The notes under the pieces were generated by a model. The model did not search any database. It had not been told where the DNA came from and saw only the letters and a program-made list of their open reading frames with translations. A program made the translations under genes and the position numbers. This document shows, piece after piece, positions 19,601 to 29,667 of a DNA stretch of 64,000 nt (the first letter of the stretch is position 1; the number at the start of each line of letters is the position of its first letter). Origin of the DNA: an uncultured bacterium (GTDB lineage: Bacteria; JAGOEH01). The stretch spans positions 76,850-140,849 of the forward strand of contig CAZWDO010000009.1 of the NCBI GenBank assembly GCA_964632485.1. The letters are read 5' to 3'.

Positions 19601-20668
19601 AAATCCTATGATCAATGCGAAGTGCGGTTGCTTCCGTTAACCGGATTTCCAGCCTTTACCGTGGCTGGACCTTTTCCAAATGCCCATGTTATAGGGCGAA
19701 TTGAAGGTAAGGATATGGAGTTTTTCTATCCTCCCGAGAACCAATCTCCCGTTGAAGCCGGGGATACATTACTATTGGATCGCTTATATTATAATTTGGA
19801 ATTGGTGCCCTTCCGAAATGTCCGCTATCGGAATAATTTGATGGAAGTTCGTATTCAGGATAATAGCGGACTGGAGATGGGCGGCCGGTTTCTCGACAGC
19901 AGTTTTCATATTAATGGCCAGGTCGGTTTAAAAGAGGGAACTGTTGAATATCTGGGAAAAACCTTTCAACTGGAAAATGCTTCGATTGAATTTAGTGGGA
20001 ATGATATTCTGACTACTATTTACGGAAAGGCGGCGCATGTTTATTTTGATCCGACTTATGGTCAAGATGTTACGCTGGAAATACGTCCCTATTTTCAAGA
20101 CCCAATTTCAGGGCAGGCAGTTAACCGTGGCCGAATCGAAGATATCAGATGGCAATTAAATACGAATTTTTGGAATGCAGACAAAGATAATGAGGTTCTG
20201 ACGGAACAATTTGGTCCCCAGGAAGACCGCTATCGGCAATATGCAACCCAACTGGTGCTGACTAGTATGAATACTTATTTGGCACAGGAATATATTCAAT
20301 ATTTTGAGTCCCGGATCAAACACAATTTACCTTTTCTTGACTTTCTCCGGATCAACCCCGGGATTATCAATAATATTGTCGCTAATCAAAATAATTTTAC
20401 ACAATTGTCCAATTGGAGTCTGCTTTCGAATTCCCGAATTACACTCGGAAAGTATCTGACTAACCGTTGGTATTTCAGCTATTCGGGTACTTTTCTGTCG
20501 CGTGAATTAGGATATAATACCTATACGTTTGATATGCGTCACAGCTTCAATTTGGAATACCGGCTTCACCGCTATATGAATCTGAATTATGGCTATTTTT
20601 ATGATACGGAAACCAGGGAAACCGACAAACGGATTCAATTGAATTTACATTTTCCGCTACAATTTTAG
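16685..20668 (+). CDS. tamB: TamB/AsmA-like translocation and assembly protein
   Basis: 1327 aa, N-terminal anchor, beta-rich body, C-terminal TLGKYL...LEYRL...F pattern typical of DUF490. Confidence 0.65.
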   Translation: MPKRHGLVVFLFTLTYMVLIYLHVYMEFSHSLLLKLVYHLTLAEGSNVNVTSSGFKLSTTYIQIDTIEVTRPDHLHLTIDRVSMHYNIWNMILFYLHADHLRFSLLVEKPYLSLPQPQEATSATNFNWPDLNREIYSYTSHWFQGICYITDGQIAIDSQKYEFDFWFKSAQENKFEGELNFNSPDSLGIQIDHDCQLRTLTLKKKENYPTNIFDFFPNYGQIDQMTARALWETGTMQVAWTQPDVPHVNADFLLTTIRIEWPGDTIALDQLPLQIRDNYLEIQPTEILTRRVDLRFSAAIPDIHRLKPLNIRLEKLIFKNILPVGQSISLDGDISLQTLFPVCRGDASLNWTSPHLSSGFDITWQYDMVRRAIELTLKKKDDVPFALQMNSRISLAPPPRFNILFNSKGHPGGLPWIPLFLKETEYSIDGSFSGEWPELEYQFKMQLNHPHLEALALSHLEIQFQGNRTRALVRGALSASLQFSGDIQWMDFKQPKVNLDFQLNHFRSPVSLENLNMPFFNGHIDLVLDKDLKWNGSIYVNNPDTLMCNISLNGRSSISLDTISFQMLSDSSTIFKTPYNWNLIFNRIGATSSCIVHVDSSVLHYTGSAEHHYATLHLNRIPFYKIRNIYSKLGFLKELNGDIMARFELSPDSNSLQIHGVIDVINASYRYLHHFDTHSDFQFRNGMALFRNIELVHNSNVIAQSDSFIMSTDTLMGEIRGRALDAWYIPLAYDWLNEKLKGNFSYTMTLGGTFKRPRIVWDIQGLNGDFWFMYFDQLIVKLVYHNFTLFFEKMVLEKSDGYRLDGSGFVYHVFDKTPEIPLNHPFFYQFQFNLKNNIALLLPRLLPDVFTRAEGKGSAWLSFNGTRDTIRFIRAGCRIENSIVYPTMILPEIKNVRGSITYDPQRNFFQIDSLQGQAGDSRIRISNLDTLEWPVKKTPPPPFYLQPDAIFSRLGYFFIETDWVKVNLPGIMKSYDQCEVRLLPLTGFPAFTVAGPFPNAHVIGRIEGKDMEFFYPPENQSPVEAGDTLLLDRLYYNLELVPFRNVRYRNNLMEVRIQDNSGLEMGGRFLDSSFHINGQVGLKEGTVEYLGKTFQLENASIEFSGNDILTTIYGKAAHVYFDPTYGQDVTLEIRPYFQDPISGQAVNRGRIEDIRWQLNTNFWNADKDNEVLTEQFGPQEDRYRQYATQLVLTSMNTYLAQEYIQYFESRIKHNLPFLDFLRINPGIINNIVANQNNFTQLSNWSLLSNSRITLGKYLTNRWYFSYSGTFLSRELGYNTYTFDMRHSFNLEYRLHRYMNLNYGYFYDTETRETDKRIQLNLHFPLQF

Positions 20669-20783
20669 GAAATCCATAGATTGTACTTGACAATGTACGG
20701 TTTTTTTATTAATTTAGAGTGTTAGTTCAACCTGTATGAATTTTAACAAAGCAGAGATTATAACCCCAAACAGGAGAATGACT

Positions 20784-21293
20784 ATGGTTAAACGTGTTAT
20801 CATGAGTATTGTATTAACACTATTAAGTTTTTCTTTCTTGAACGCCGGCGAATTTTGCCCGGAAAATATTCAAGCTGTATTACTGGTTAAAGTGCTTTCA
20901 TTCACTCGGGAACTGGGCGGCGCATCCAAAGGGGATGTATCGATCGGAGTGCTCAATGGCGGCGCCGCTTTAAATGCGATTAAGGATGCTGCAACTAAGG
21001 CCGGCGGCGGTGTGTCCGTTAAATCCGTTACTACCGGAGATATTGCTGGTATCAATGTTCTTTACGTTTCTAAGGGCACCAGCGCCGATCAGGTACAATT
21101 AGCCAAAGAAAAGTGCAAGCAACTGAAAATCATGTCAGTCGGAGGGGATCCGCAATTTGTACTGGATTATAATTATTCACTGACCTTTCATCTGGTTGAC
21201 TCCAAGCCCCGGATGTTGGTCAGTATTGAATCAGCCGATGAGGAAGGAACAAAATTTGCGGCGGAATTTCTCAAAATTGCCGAAAAAAAATAG
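20784..21293 (+). CDS. YfiR/HmsC-like periplasmic protein (DUF4154)
   Basis: Signal peptide; QAVLLVKVLSF and C-terminal KFAAEFLKIA patterns; AGGAG RBS 7 nt before ATG 20784 (ORF track starts at 20736). Confidence 0.7.
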   Translation: MVKRVIMSIVLTLLSFSFLNAGEFCPENIQAVLLVKVLSFTRELGGASKGDVSIGVLNGGAALNAIKDAATKAGGGVSVKSVTTGDIAGINVLYVSKGTSADQVQLAKEKCKQLKIMSVGGDPQFVLDYNYSLTFHLVDSKPRMLVSIESADEEGTKFAAEFLKIAEKK

Positions 21294-21315
21294 TGTTCTT
21301 TTTTTTTAACTTGAT

Positions 21316-21352
21316 AAAAACACAACAAGCCAAGCTTGTTGTGTTTTTTTTT
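21316..21352 (+). terminator. Intrinsic terminator
   Basis: AAAAACACAACAAGC-CAA-GCTTGTTGTGTTTTT hairpin running into a T tract. Confidence 0.8.
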
Positions 21353-21410
21353 GGTATGGTTTTTTTGATTTTATTGGCGTTGAACAGATAGAATAGCGAA
21401 AGGAAGGACC

Positions 21411-22718
21411 ATGGACTATCCTATTTTGGATGAAAACCTGGACATGACTATCCGCAACTTGGGTGAGTGCGCGTACCAATCACCGATCGAGGGAGTGACT
21501 TTTTTCCACGATCTGTACCGAATTGTTTACAATATTCAGGAATTTAATGTTGCCCGTCATATAGACGAAGGAACATTACCCAAGTCAGTAGAAGTAGGCG
21601 GACCCCGTAAAAAATTGTTTTTTGATCCAAAACAAACAAAAGTAGCTATAGTTACGTGTGGTGGATTGTGCCCGGGCTTGAATAATGTCATTCGCGATCT
21701 TACAATGTGTTTATATTACAATTATGGAGTGAAAGATATCTGGGGTGTTCAATACGGGTATCGAGGGTTTATTGAAAATTATGGACATCCTCTGATTTTA
21801 TTGACCCCTTCCCTGGTGGACGATCTTCACACTAAGGGAGGAACTTTTCTTTCCTCTTCCCGGGGGAATCAGAGTAAGGAAGCGATTGTTGATTTTTTAG
21901 AGGAGAAGAAAATCAATATTGTGTTTACCATAGGTGGAGACGGAACCTTAAAGGGCGCTCATAGTATCTATGAAGAGATTGAATCCCGAGGCGCCAAAAT
22001 AGCCGTTGTGGGTTTGCCGAAAACGATTGATAATGATATTTGTTTTATTAGCCGCACATTCGGCTTTGAAACCGCTGTATCAGAAGCAACTTCTGTAGTA
22101 GATTCCGCTCATGTAGAGGCCAAAGGCGCGCTGAATGGAATCGGTTTGGTTAAACTGATGGGCCGCGATTCCGGTTTTATCGCCGCTGCCGCCGCATTAG
22201 CCTCCAACGAAGCCAACTTCGTGCTGATCCCTGAAATGGATTTCGATCTGGAAGGACCCCATGGTCTTTTTGAACAGATAAAAGAACGCATTAACCATCG
22301 GCAGCATGCAGTTATCATTGTGGCCGAAGGGGCGGGGCAAAAATACCTGGAAACTGACGGATACGATGCCAGCGGCAATAAAAAACTAGGCGATATCGGA
22401 CTTTTTCTGAAAGAGGCTATTCAAAACTATTTTAAACAAATTAAAATGTCGATCAGTCTTAAATACATCGACCCCAGCTATATTATCCGTTCCGTACCGG
22501 CAAATGCCAATGATTCCGTGTATTGTACCAATCTGGCGCATACCGCAGTGCATGCCGCAATGGCCGGTAAAACCGATCTTTGTGTCGGGTTGCTTTATGA
22601 CACTCTGATTCATTTGCCAATTCCACTGGTCATCAGCTATCGTAAAAAAGTGGATTTGTATGGCACAATGTGGCAAACCGTTATGATGTCAACCGGTATG
22701 CGTAGTCTGAAAAACTAA
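21411..22718 (+). CDS. pfkA: ATP-dependent 6-phosphofructokinase
   Basis: TCGGLCPGLNNVIR, GGDGT, PKTIDND, LMGRDSGFIA, YIDPSYIIRS. Confidence 0.93.
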   Translation: MDYPILDENLDMTIRNLGECAYQSPIEGVTFFHDLYRIVYNIQEFNVARHIDEGTLPKSVEVGGPRKKLFFDPKQTKVAIVTCGGLCPGLNNVIRDLTMCLYYNYGVKDIWGVQYGYRGFIENYGHPLILLTPSLVDDLHTKGGTFLSSSRGNQSKEAIVDFLEEKKINIVFTIGGDGTLKGAHSIYEEIESRGAKIAVVGLPKTIDNDICFISRTFGFETAVSEATSVVDSAHVEAKGALNGIGLVKLMGRDSGFIAAAAALASNEANFVLIPEMDFDLEGPHGLFEQIKERINHRQHAVIIVAEGAGQKYLETDGYDASGNKKLGDIGLFLKEAIQNYFKQIKMSISLKYIDPSYIIRSVPANANDSVYCTNLAHTAVHAAMAGKTDLCVGLLYDTLIHLPIPLVISYRKKVDLYGTMWQTVMMSTGMRSLKN

Positions 22719-22733
22719 GAAAGGATCAGTTTA

Positions 22734-23654
22734 GTGGAAAAAAACTTCATTGGACGCGACATTATCTCGCTGCATGATTTTTCGCGTGAAGAAATTCTTT
22801 TTATCCTTGCATTTGCCCAGCAATTTGAAAATCTTCGTAATTCCATGATGAGTGGTCGCATTCTGGCAACTTGTTTTTACGAACCATCGACTCGTACCCG
22901 GCTCAGTTTTGAAAGCGCTATGTTTCAATTGGGGGGAGACGTTATTGGTTTCGATGCCGGCAGTAGCAGCTCAGCGGTTAAAGGTGAAACCGTTGCCGAT
23001 ACGGCAAAAATGATCGAAGGTTATGCCGATGTCATGGTAATCCGCCATCCCCAGGAAGGATCGGCCCGCGTGGCCGGAGAATCATCTACCATTCCTGTCA
23101 TCAATGGGGGCGATGGCGCTAACCAGCACCCGACTCAAACCTTTCTTGATCTCTATACGATTTTAAAAACCAAAGGGACCCTTTCCAATCTTAAAATCGG
23201 TTTCATCGGTGATTTGAAATACGGCAGGACCGTCCATTCTTTAGCTGAGGCCCTTACCCATTTCAATAGTTCGCTTTATTTTATTTCTCCTACCTCCCTG
23301 CGGATGCCAAGCCATATTCTTTCTTTTTTGACCGAACATGACCAGCTCTATTATGAAACTACCGATCTTTACGACTACCTCTTTGAACTGGATATCGTTT
23401 ATGTCACCCGCATCCAGAAAGAACGGTTTTTCGATTCCCTGGAATATGAGAAAGTAAAAAATTCGTATGTCCTGGACAAACGAATCCTGAAAACTGTTAA
23501 ACAGGACCTCAAGATTCTTCATCCTTTGCCTCGTGTCAATGAAATTGATAGTTCACTGGACAGCAGCCCCCAGGCTGAATATTTTCAGCAGTCAAAAAAT
23601 GGGGTTACAGTTCGCAAAGCTTTATTATCATTAGTATTAGGAATCTACCCATGA
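22734..23654 (+). CDS. pyrB: Aspartate carbamoyltransferase catalytic subunit
   Basis: FYEPSTRTRLSFE, HPTQ, RIQKER, HPLPR. Confidence 0.97.
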   Translation: MEKNFIGRDIISLHDFSREEILFILAFAQQFENLRNSMMSGRILATCFYEPSTRTRLSFESAMFQLGGDVIGFDAGSSSSAVKGETVADTAKMIEGYADVMVIRHPQEGSARVAGESSTIPVINGGDGANQHPTQTFLDLYTILKTKGTLSNLKIGFIGDLKYGRTVHSLAEALTHFNSSLYFISPTSLRMPSHILSFLTEHDQLYYETTDLYDYLFELDIVYVTRIQKERFFDSLEYEKVKNSYVLDKRILKTVKQDLKILHPLPRVNEIDSSLDSSPQAEYFQQSKNGVTVRKALLSLVLGIYP

Positions 23655-24118
23655 AAAAAAATTATGATGAATCGAAAACCATTCGTGTGTCTAAACTAAA
23701 AAACGGAGTCGTGATCGATCACCTGAAACCCGGCACGGCCTTTAAAACCCTGCAAGTGCTGGGATTGGGGCATGATGGAATTTTAACCATCGGCATCAAT
23801 TATGACAGCCAGCGGCTGGGTAAAAAAGACATTATTAAGCTTGAAAATTTTACCCTTTCACCGGCTCAGATCAATAAAATCGCAATTATAAGTCCCCAGG
23901 CGACTTACTGCGTAGTAGAAAATTACGAAGTAATATCGAAAGCCGATGTCGCCTTGCCGGATATTCTGGAAAATATAGTCAAATGTACGAATCCCCGTTG
24001 TATCACCAACCAGGAAAAAGTGGCGACCCGTTTTTATATTTTGAAAAAGGACCCTCTATCGCTGAAGTGCCACTATTGTGAAAAGCGAATGGATGAGATG
24101 GATTTGGACTTGTTATAG
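23651..24118 (+). CDS. pyrI: Aspartate carbamoyltransferase regulatory subunit
   Basis: GVVIDH, KKDIIK, CTNPRCIT and CHYCE zinc motifs. Confidence 0.96.
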   Translation: MKKNYDESKTIRVSKLKNGVVIDHLKPGTAFKTLQVLGLGHDGILTIGINYDSQRLGKKDIIKLENFTLSPAQINKIAIISPQATYCVVENYEVISKADVALPDILENIVKCTNPRCITNQEKVATRFYILKKDPLSLKCHYCEKRMDEMDLDLL

Positions 24119-24166
24119 TGTCTGGAAAAAATGGCTTGACTTTTCTGGCAAAAAATATTATATAGT

Positions 24167-24420
24167 AGCTGAATTGATGCCGATCGTATGCGAGTAGTGC
24201 GAAATCTGAACATCAGGTGATCAACTTCCTTGCTTATGATGGTCCATCCTGCTATTCCACAAGCAGATGTGTAGTCCAAAATTCCTGATTGCCCAAGGAA
24301 TGGTATCTTGTAATCTCATTATTCCGGATGTAATCGGGAGAACTTGATTAACGCTATGTCGGGGTGACTGACCCCGTCATACTGATAGCGGTTAGGAATT
24401 GTACGTGGAAGATGTTTGAG
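24167..24420 (+). ncRNA. Candidate structured RNA / long 5' leader of rpsU
   Basis: Non-coding stretch after a TTGACT (24136) promoter-like element; several long-range helices found by eye; no family recognised. Confidence 0.4.
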
Positions 24421-24459
24421 AATTAACCTTTATTGGCTCTTGGAAAGAGGTGATATACA

Positions 24460-24660
24460 TTGCCGGGTATTATTGTACAAGAAGGTGAATCTTTTGAAAA
24501 AGCGGTGAAGCGTTTTTCAAAAATGTGTGAAAAAATCGGGATCATCGCTGATTACAAGAAACACCAACGCTATGAAAAGCCCAGTGAACGCAAGAAACGC
24601 GAAGAGAATGCGGCTCGTCGTAAAATGGTAAAACGCTTGCGTCAATTACAGGAAGAATAA
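24460..24660 (+). CDS. rpsU: 30S ribosomal protein bS21
   Basis: ESFEKAVKRF and YEKPSERKKR motifs; GAGGTGA RBS with TTG start. Confidence 0.95.
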   Translation: MPGIIVQEGESFEKAVKRFSKMCEKIGIIADYKKHQRYEKPSERKKREENAARRKMVKRLRQLQEE

Positions 24661-24667
24661 TCATTTT

Positions 24668-24701
24668 AAGCGGCATCAAGTTGCCTGATGCCGCTTTTTT
24701 T
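24668..24701 (+). terminator. Intrinsic terminator after rpsU
   Basis: AAGCGGCATCA-loop-TGATGCCGCTT followed by a T tract. Confidence 0.85.
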
Positions 24702-24721
24702 ACGAGAACGGCTTTAATTTA

Positions 24722-27174
24722 ATGGATCAACACTCGATTCAACTATTGGAATTTGAAAAAATTATCAGCATATTGCAATGCTATTGTTATTCAATTATCG
24801 CGCGGGAATATTTTCAAAAATATTCATTTTACAGCAATGGAAGTATCCTCAAAACGAAATTAGCTGAAGTTCAGGAAATTGTTGAAATTAACATAAATCA
24901 ACTCAATTTTCCATTGACGACTTTTAATGATATTCGTCCCTGCCTTCGAAAGCTTCAGATTGAAGGATCATCTCTGCAACCCCAGGAATACCTGGAAATA
25001 TATCAAATATTGACAATTTGCCAAAACCTGAAAAACCAATCAGAAAAGCTGCAAGCCGGTTATCCGTTGACCATTGACAAATTGGATAAACTGAATGGTT
25101 TGAAAGATGTATCTCAGTATATTCAGGAACGTATTGAAGAAGATGGTACGATTAAGGACCATTCGAGTTCCCAATTATATGCTATCCGGGCGAAAATTAA
25201 GGAATTGACAAATAAAATCCAGATTAAATTGCAGGAATTGCTGCAACGCTATAACTTGGCGGGTCTGCTTCGTGAGCCCTATGTCACTGTTCGTCAAGGC
25301 CATAATGTTTATCCAGTAAAATCTCAAAACCGGACGGCAGTGCCAGGAATTGTTTATGATCAAAGTGAAACGGGAAATACTATTTTCATTGAACCCATGG
25401 AAATTGTCAATCTTAATAATAAGATGTCTCAATTGGAGTTGGAAGAAAAAAAAGAGATAGAAACCATATTGCGCGATATAGCCATAAAACTCCGTCGGAA
25501 TTTAATGGAAATTGATTCAAATACCAAAATTCTCGCCTACATTGATTCGTTACATGCCCGCGCCCATTTTGCCCGGGAATTTAATTGCAATATTCCTCGC
25601 ATTAATGAGCAGGGTATTGTTCGACTGATCGATGCCCGCCATCCGCTGCTGTTATTGCAACAAAAACCCCACCTGATGGCAATGCTGAATGAAGAAAAAA
25701 ATATTACGTCCATACAGGAAGTCGTTCCCATGAATGTTGAATTGGGAAAAAAAGACACGCTGATTGTTCTGATTACCGGGCCCAACACGGGAGGGAAAAC
25801 CGTAGCGCTCAAGACTGTCGGGCTGCTTTCTTTGATGACCTATTTAGCTATCCCGATCCCTGCATCCCCCGATACCGATANNNNNNNNNNTTCCAGGAAA
25901 TATTCGCGGATTTAGGCGATGAACAATCCATTGAACAGGGATTAAGCACTTTTTCGTCTCATATCCGCAATGTTTCTAAAATAATCAAACGCGCAAATGA
26001 CAAGACGTTAGTCCTGATTGATGAAATCGGCAATGGAACTGACCCTGAAGAAGGCAGTCTATTAGCAATGGCCATCCTGGATGAGTTAATCGCTCGATCG
26101 GTAAAAGGCATTATAACCACCCACTATAGCGCCCTTAAGGTATATGCGCATCAAAAAGACGGTATCATCAACGCCTCAATGGAATTCGACCGAACGGTTT
26201 TTAAACCCACTTACCGGTTATTAATGAATATTCCTGGGAACAGTTTTGCAATTGAAATTGCCAGTAATCTGGGTCTGCCCAGTCTGATCATCCAAAATGC
26301 CCGATTACGGCAGGATGAACAGGAACTGAAATTGAACCAGATGATTATCGATTTGGAACGAAAAGTTAAATTATATGAAGATAAATTAATAGAGTTGGGT
26401 ATGAAGGAAAATCAACTTCATGAGATCATCGACGAATATCAATCGAAAACGATGAATATTAAACAGATACAACAGGAAGTTAAAACCCAGGCGCTTGAAG
26501 AAGCTCAGCGGATCATTGAAACCGCGCGGTCCGTCGTTGAAAAGGCGGTCACCGAGATTAAGGAAACCCAGGCGGATAAAGAGACTATTCAGCAAAGTCG
26601 GCAGGCGATTGATACAATTCGCAATGAGATTAAAAAAGACTTGCGCGAAGAGCGGAAACAATTAGAACAGCAAAAACCAAAGCAGCCCCCATTGACCCAT
26701 ATAGCCATTGGCGATATGGTATGGGTGGAAACCATGAACAGTGTCGGTGAAATTGCTGGAATCTCGCATCATGGAGCTAAAGTTCAGGTCCGATTCGGTA
26801 ATATTATGGTTTTAACCAATCGGGATGAATTGTTTGCCACTCCCCCGGAAGAAAAAGAAAAGAATCAGCCAGCTCGACCATTGGATATCGGCGGCAATTC
26901 GGTTAATATTTCATGGGGAGTGAATATGCAGTTTACCAATCAGCTCGATATTCGAGGCTATTCACTGGAACAAGCGCAGAAAAAAGTGGATGAGTTTCTC
27001 TCCCGGGTGTGTATGACGGATTTTCCGGAAGTCAAGATTATTCATGGTCTGGGCAATGGCGTGCTGAAATCAAGTATCCGGGATTTTCTAAAAACCTACC
27101 CGGTTGTTGCCAGTTTCAGGAGTGGGGATATGGAAAGTGGCGGGGACGGCGTAACTTTCGTGCGTCTGAAATAG
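24722..27174 (+). CDS. mutS2: MutS2 (endonuclease/ribosome-collision ATPase), split only by an assembly gap
   Basis: LEFEKI N-terminus, ARHPLL, GPNTGGKT; after the N gap DEQSIEQGLSTFSSH and DEIGNGTDPEEG; C-terminal Smr domain (IIHGLGNG). Frame break coincides with N10 at 25881-25890. Confidence 0.93.
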
Positions 27175-27224
27175 AGCATCTAATTTTTCTGTATTCCGGG
27201 CCAATTTTAGGCATCACACGGGGA

Positions 27225-28349
27225 TTAACGCATGGAAATTACTTTGCGCCAATTGGTTAGATATTTTTGTGGGCTATAGGCATTGAGGGCATGTTGGCGC
27301 GAATTCCGGCTGATTATATTCATGATGTCTGCCATTTGAGGGGCCTGTTGCAGAAAAATAAGCGCTTCATCCAATTGGTGTGGCGGGACTAACCATCCGG
27401 TAACACGATGCTTGATTAGTTCCAGGGGTCCGCCAACAGCATAGGCAAGCGTAATGCGGCCCAGCGCCTGGCTTTCCATAACGACGCGCCCAAGGGGCTC
27501 AAAACTTGAAAACACACTAACGACATCCAACTTAGCAATTAATTTTAATACATCTGCTTTATAACCTTCCCAAATTACCCAATCTTCAAGATTTTCGCTT
27601 TCGATCAAACGTTGCATTTCTTCGATGTAGAATGAACCTCCATAAAGCGGGCCGCCAAAGATATGGAATTGCCAGGGCAATTGCATATCTCGCGTTTTTA
27701 TGGCTAATTGGAGAAAATCCAACTGCCCTTTTTCAGGGGAGAGCCGGCTATAGATGCCAATATGCCAGGGGGGATCGTGATTAAAGGGGATAGAAAATGC
27801 TTCCTGCTGAATCTGCATTGATTCGAGATCGACAATATTATGAAACACATGAGTCATCGGAGATTGTTTGGCAAAACAGGGCAATTGATGGCGAACAAAA
27901 AGTGAGATGGAAACGCGAGCATTGAGTAAATGTAAGGCCAGGTGCCGATGCCAGGGATAATCGGAAAAAATATTGCGGATATGAGATATGATTCGCAATT
28001 GCGGAAACCGAAGCCGCATGGCGAGAATGAGAAGTTCGCTTTTAAAGAGGCCGTTACAATATAAGTATAGAGAAGATGAACCTATATTTCGGATGAGCCG
28101 GGCTAATCGCGCGAAATTATACCAATAACGTCCGTTTACCAGACGATAATTTCCCAAAAAATAGGGGATTGGCGCTATGTGGACCGGAATTTCCAGCGCC
28201 CGGCATTTATCGGCCAGCGGACCCTCTTCACCCAGCGCAAGGTGCAGGTGGTATTCGTTATGGGCAGCGGAAATAAAGGCGAGCAAACTCTGCTCGCCAC
28301 CTCCCCAGTCAGCATGGGCCGAGAAGATTAAAATGGTTTTCCGGGGCAC
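27225..28349 (-). CDS. GT4 family glycosyltransferase
   Basis: GGGEQSL, RLSPEKG, EPLGRVVMES (Ex7E); likely GTG start at 28349 just after the upstream stop. Confidence 0.85.
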   Translation of the reverse strand: MPRKTILIFSAHADWGGGEQSLLAFISAAHNEYHLHLALGEEGPLADKCRALEIPVHIAPIPYFLGNYRLVNGRYWYNFARLARLIRNIGSSSLYLYCNGLFKSELLILAMRLRFPQLRIISHIRNIFSDYPWHRHLALHLLNARVSISLFVRHQLPCFAKQSPMTHVFHNIVDLESMQIQQEAFSIPFNHDPPWHIGIYSRLSPEKGQLDFLQLAIKTRDMQLPWQFHIFGGPLYGGSFYIEEMQRLIESENLEDWVIWEGYKADVLKLIAKLDVVSVFSSFEPLGRVVMESQALGRITLAYAVGGPLELIKHRVTGWLVPPHQLDEALIFLQQAPQMADIMNIISRNSRQHALNAYSPQKYLTNWRKVISMR

Positions 28350-28350
28350 T

Positions 28351-29667
28351 CTAAAACGCCTTTTTATGAAATAGAAACTCCAACAAAGTACGTACATAAA
28401 TTTTAAATTCCAGATACCAGGAGAAATTATAAATATAATAAAGGTCATGGTTCAAGCGGTCCCGAACAGAAGATGGGCCCCGCAAACCATTGACCTGCGC
28501 CCATCCGGTTAAGCCTGGTTTTACAAGATGGCGAAAGGCATATTCGGGCCATTGGCTGGAAAATTGTTGTACGAAAAATGGCCGTTCCGGGCGGGGGCCG
28601 ATCAAGCTCATATCCCCCCGCAAAACGTTCCATACCTGAGGCACTTCGTCAAAGCTAAAGCTTCTTAAATAACGGCCCAGGGCGGTAACCCGGGGATCAT
28701 TTTCGGTGGCCCAAACCGGACCCGTCTGCGCTTCGGCATTTTTCACCATGGATGTAAATTTATAGAGAACGAATTCCCTTCCCCGCAATCCGACCCTGAT
28801 TTGCCGATAAAATATCCCTTGCCTCTGGAACACTAATGCCAGTACGATCATGATCAGAATCGGAGAAAATACGATGAGCATTAAAATTGAGCCCACTATA
28901 TCTATAATTCGTTTAATAATCATTGTATGACGTTTAATAGCAGATAGATCAATGGTCAGTCCATTATATCGCATGAATTTAACTTCACGCAGCCGCAAGG
29001 GATGGTCCAGCAGAAAGCGCGGAATTAATACTAACTGGCAATTATAGAGTAAAACCCGATTACTGAGGTTAACTAATTCCTCTACCCTGAAATCGTCAAT
29101 GATAAGAAGCAGTTGAGCTGGTTTTGTCCGGTCAACCCATTCATGCAGGACTTCCAGTTCCGGACGAGCGTTGTACTCTTTGATCTCTATCGATTTATTG
29201 CCTGATATGTTTTCATCTAATCGGCACCGGTCTTCATAGCTGATCCAGGCCAGTACCTTTGGAATAGGTAATAAACGATTCCATAATAAATGGAGACAAA
29301 TGGAAAAAAAAGTCAGGAGAAACCAAATCAGGATAAAAAGCAGGCGGGAAAATGAGATGCTGCGAATAAAAAAGCTGAGGGCAAAACAAATCAACAGGGA
29401 AAGGCTGATTCCCTTAAACCGTTGGCGAATGATTTGCGCGGGAACTAGCGGTTGATGAAACTCATAGATGTCGAAAAGGGTTAAATTGAAGATATAAATA
29501 GGCGAAAGAGAAATCATTATCCAGAAATAGTGTATTTGCCAGTGGCTGGTAATATATCCTCCCGGAAAAAAAGGAGTATTGAACCGCAGCCACCAGGCTA
29601 TGTAGAACGCGGTCCAGAGAATAAAAAGATCGCTGATTACTTTGAATAATGTTATTTTTTTATACAT
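28351..29667 (-). CDS. Polyprenyl-phosphate hexose-1-phosphate transferase (WcaJ/WbaP family)
   Basis: Four N-terminal TMs; KRIIDI, KFTSM, DEVPQVWNVLRGDMSLIGPRPER, PGLTGWAQ. Confidence 0.92.
   Translation of the reverse strand: MYKKITLFKVISDLFILWTAFYIAWWLRFNTPFFPGGYITSHWQIHYFWIMISLSPIYIFNLTLFDIYEFHQPLVPAQIIRQRFKGISLSLLICFALSFFIRSISFSRLLFILIWFLLTFFSICLHLLWNRLLPIPKVLAWISYEDRCRLDENISGNKSIEIKEYNARPELEVLHEWVDRTKPAQLLLIIDDFRVEELVNLSNRVLLYNCQLVLIPRFLLDHPLRLREVKFMRYNGLTIDLSAIKRHTMIIKRIIDIVGSILMLIVFSPILIMIVLALVFQRQGIFYRQIRVGLRGREFVLYKFTSMVKNAEAQTGPVWATENDPRVTALGRYLRSFSFDEVPQVWNVLRGDMSLIGPRPERPFFVQQFSSQWPEYAFRHLVKPGLTGWAQVNGLRGPSSVRDRLNHDLYYIYNFSWYLEFKIYVRTLLEFLFHKKAF

Noticed and set aside
25881-25890. 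Apparent frameshift splitting mutS2 into two ORFs
   Set aside because: The break coincides with a 10-N scaffold gap and motifs continue on both sides, so it is an assembly artefact.
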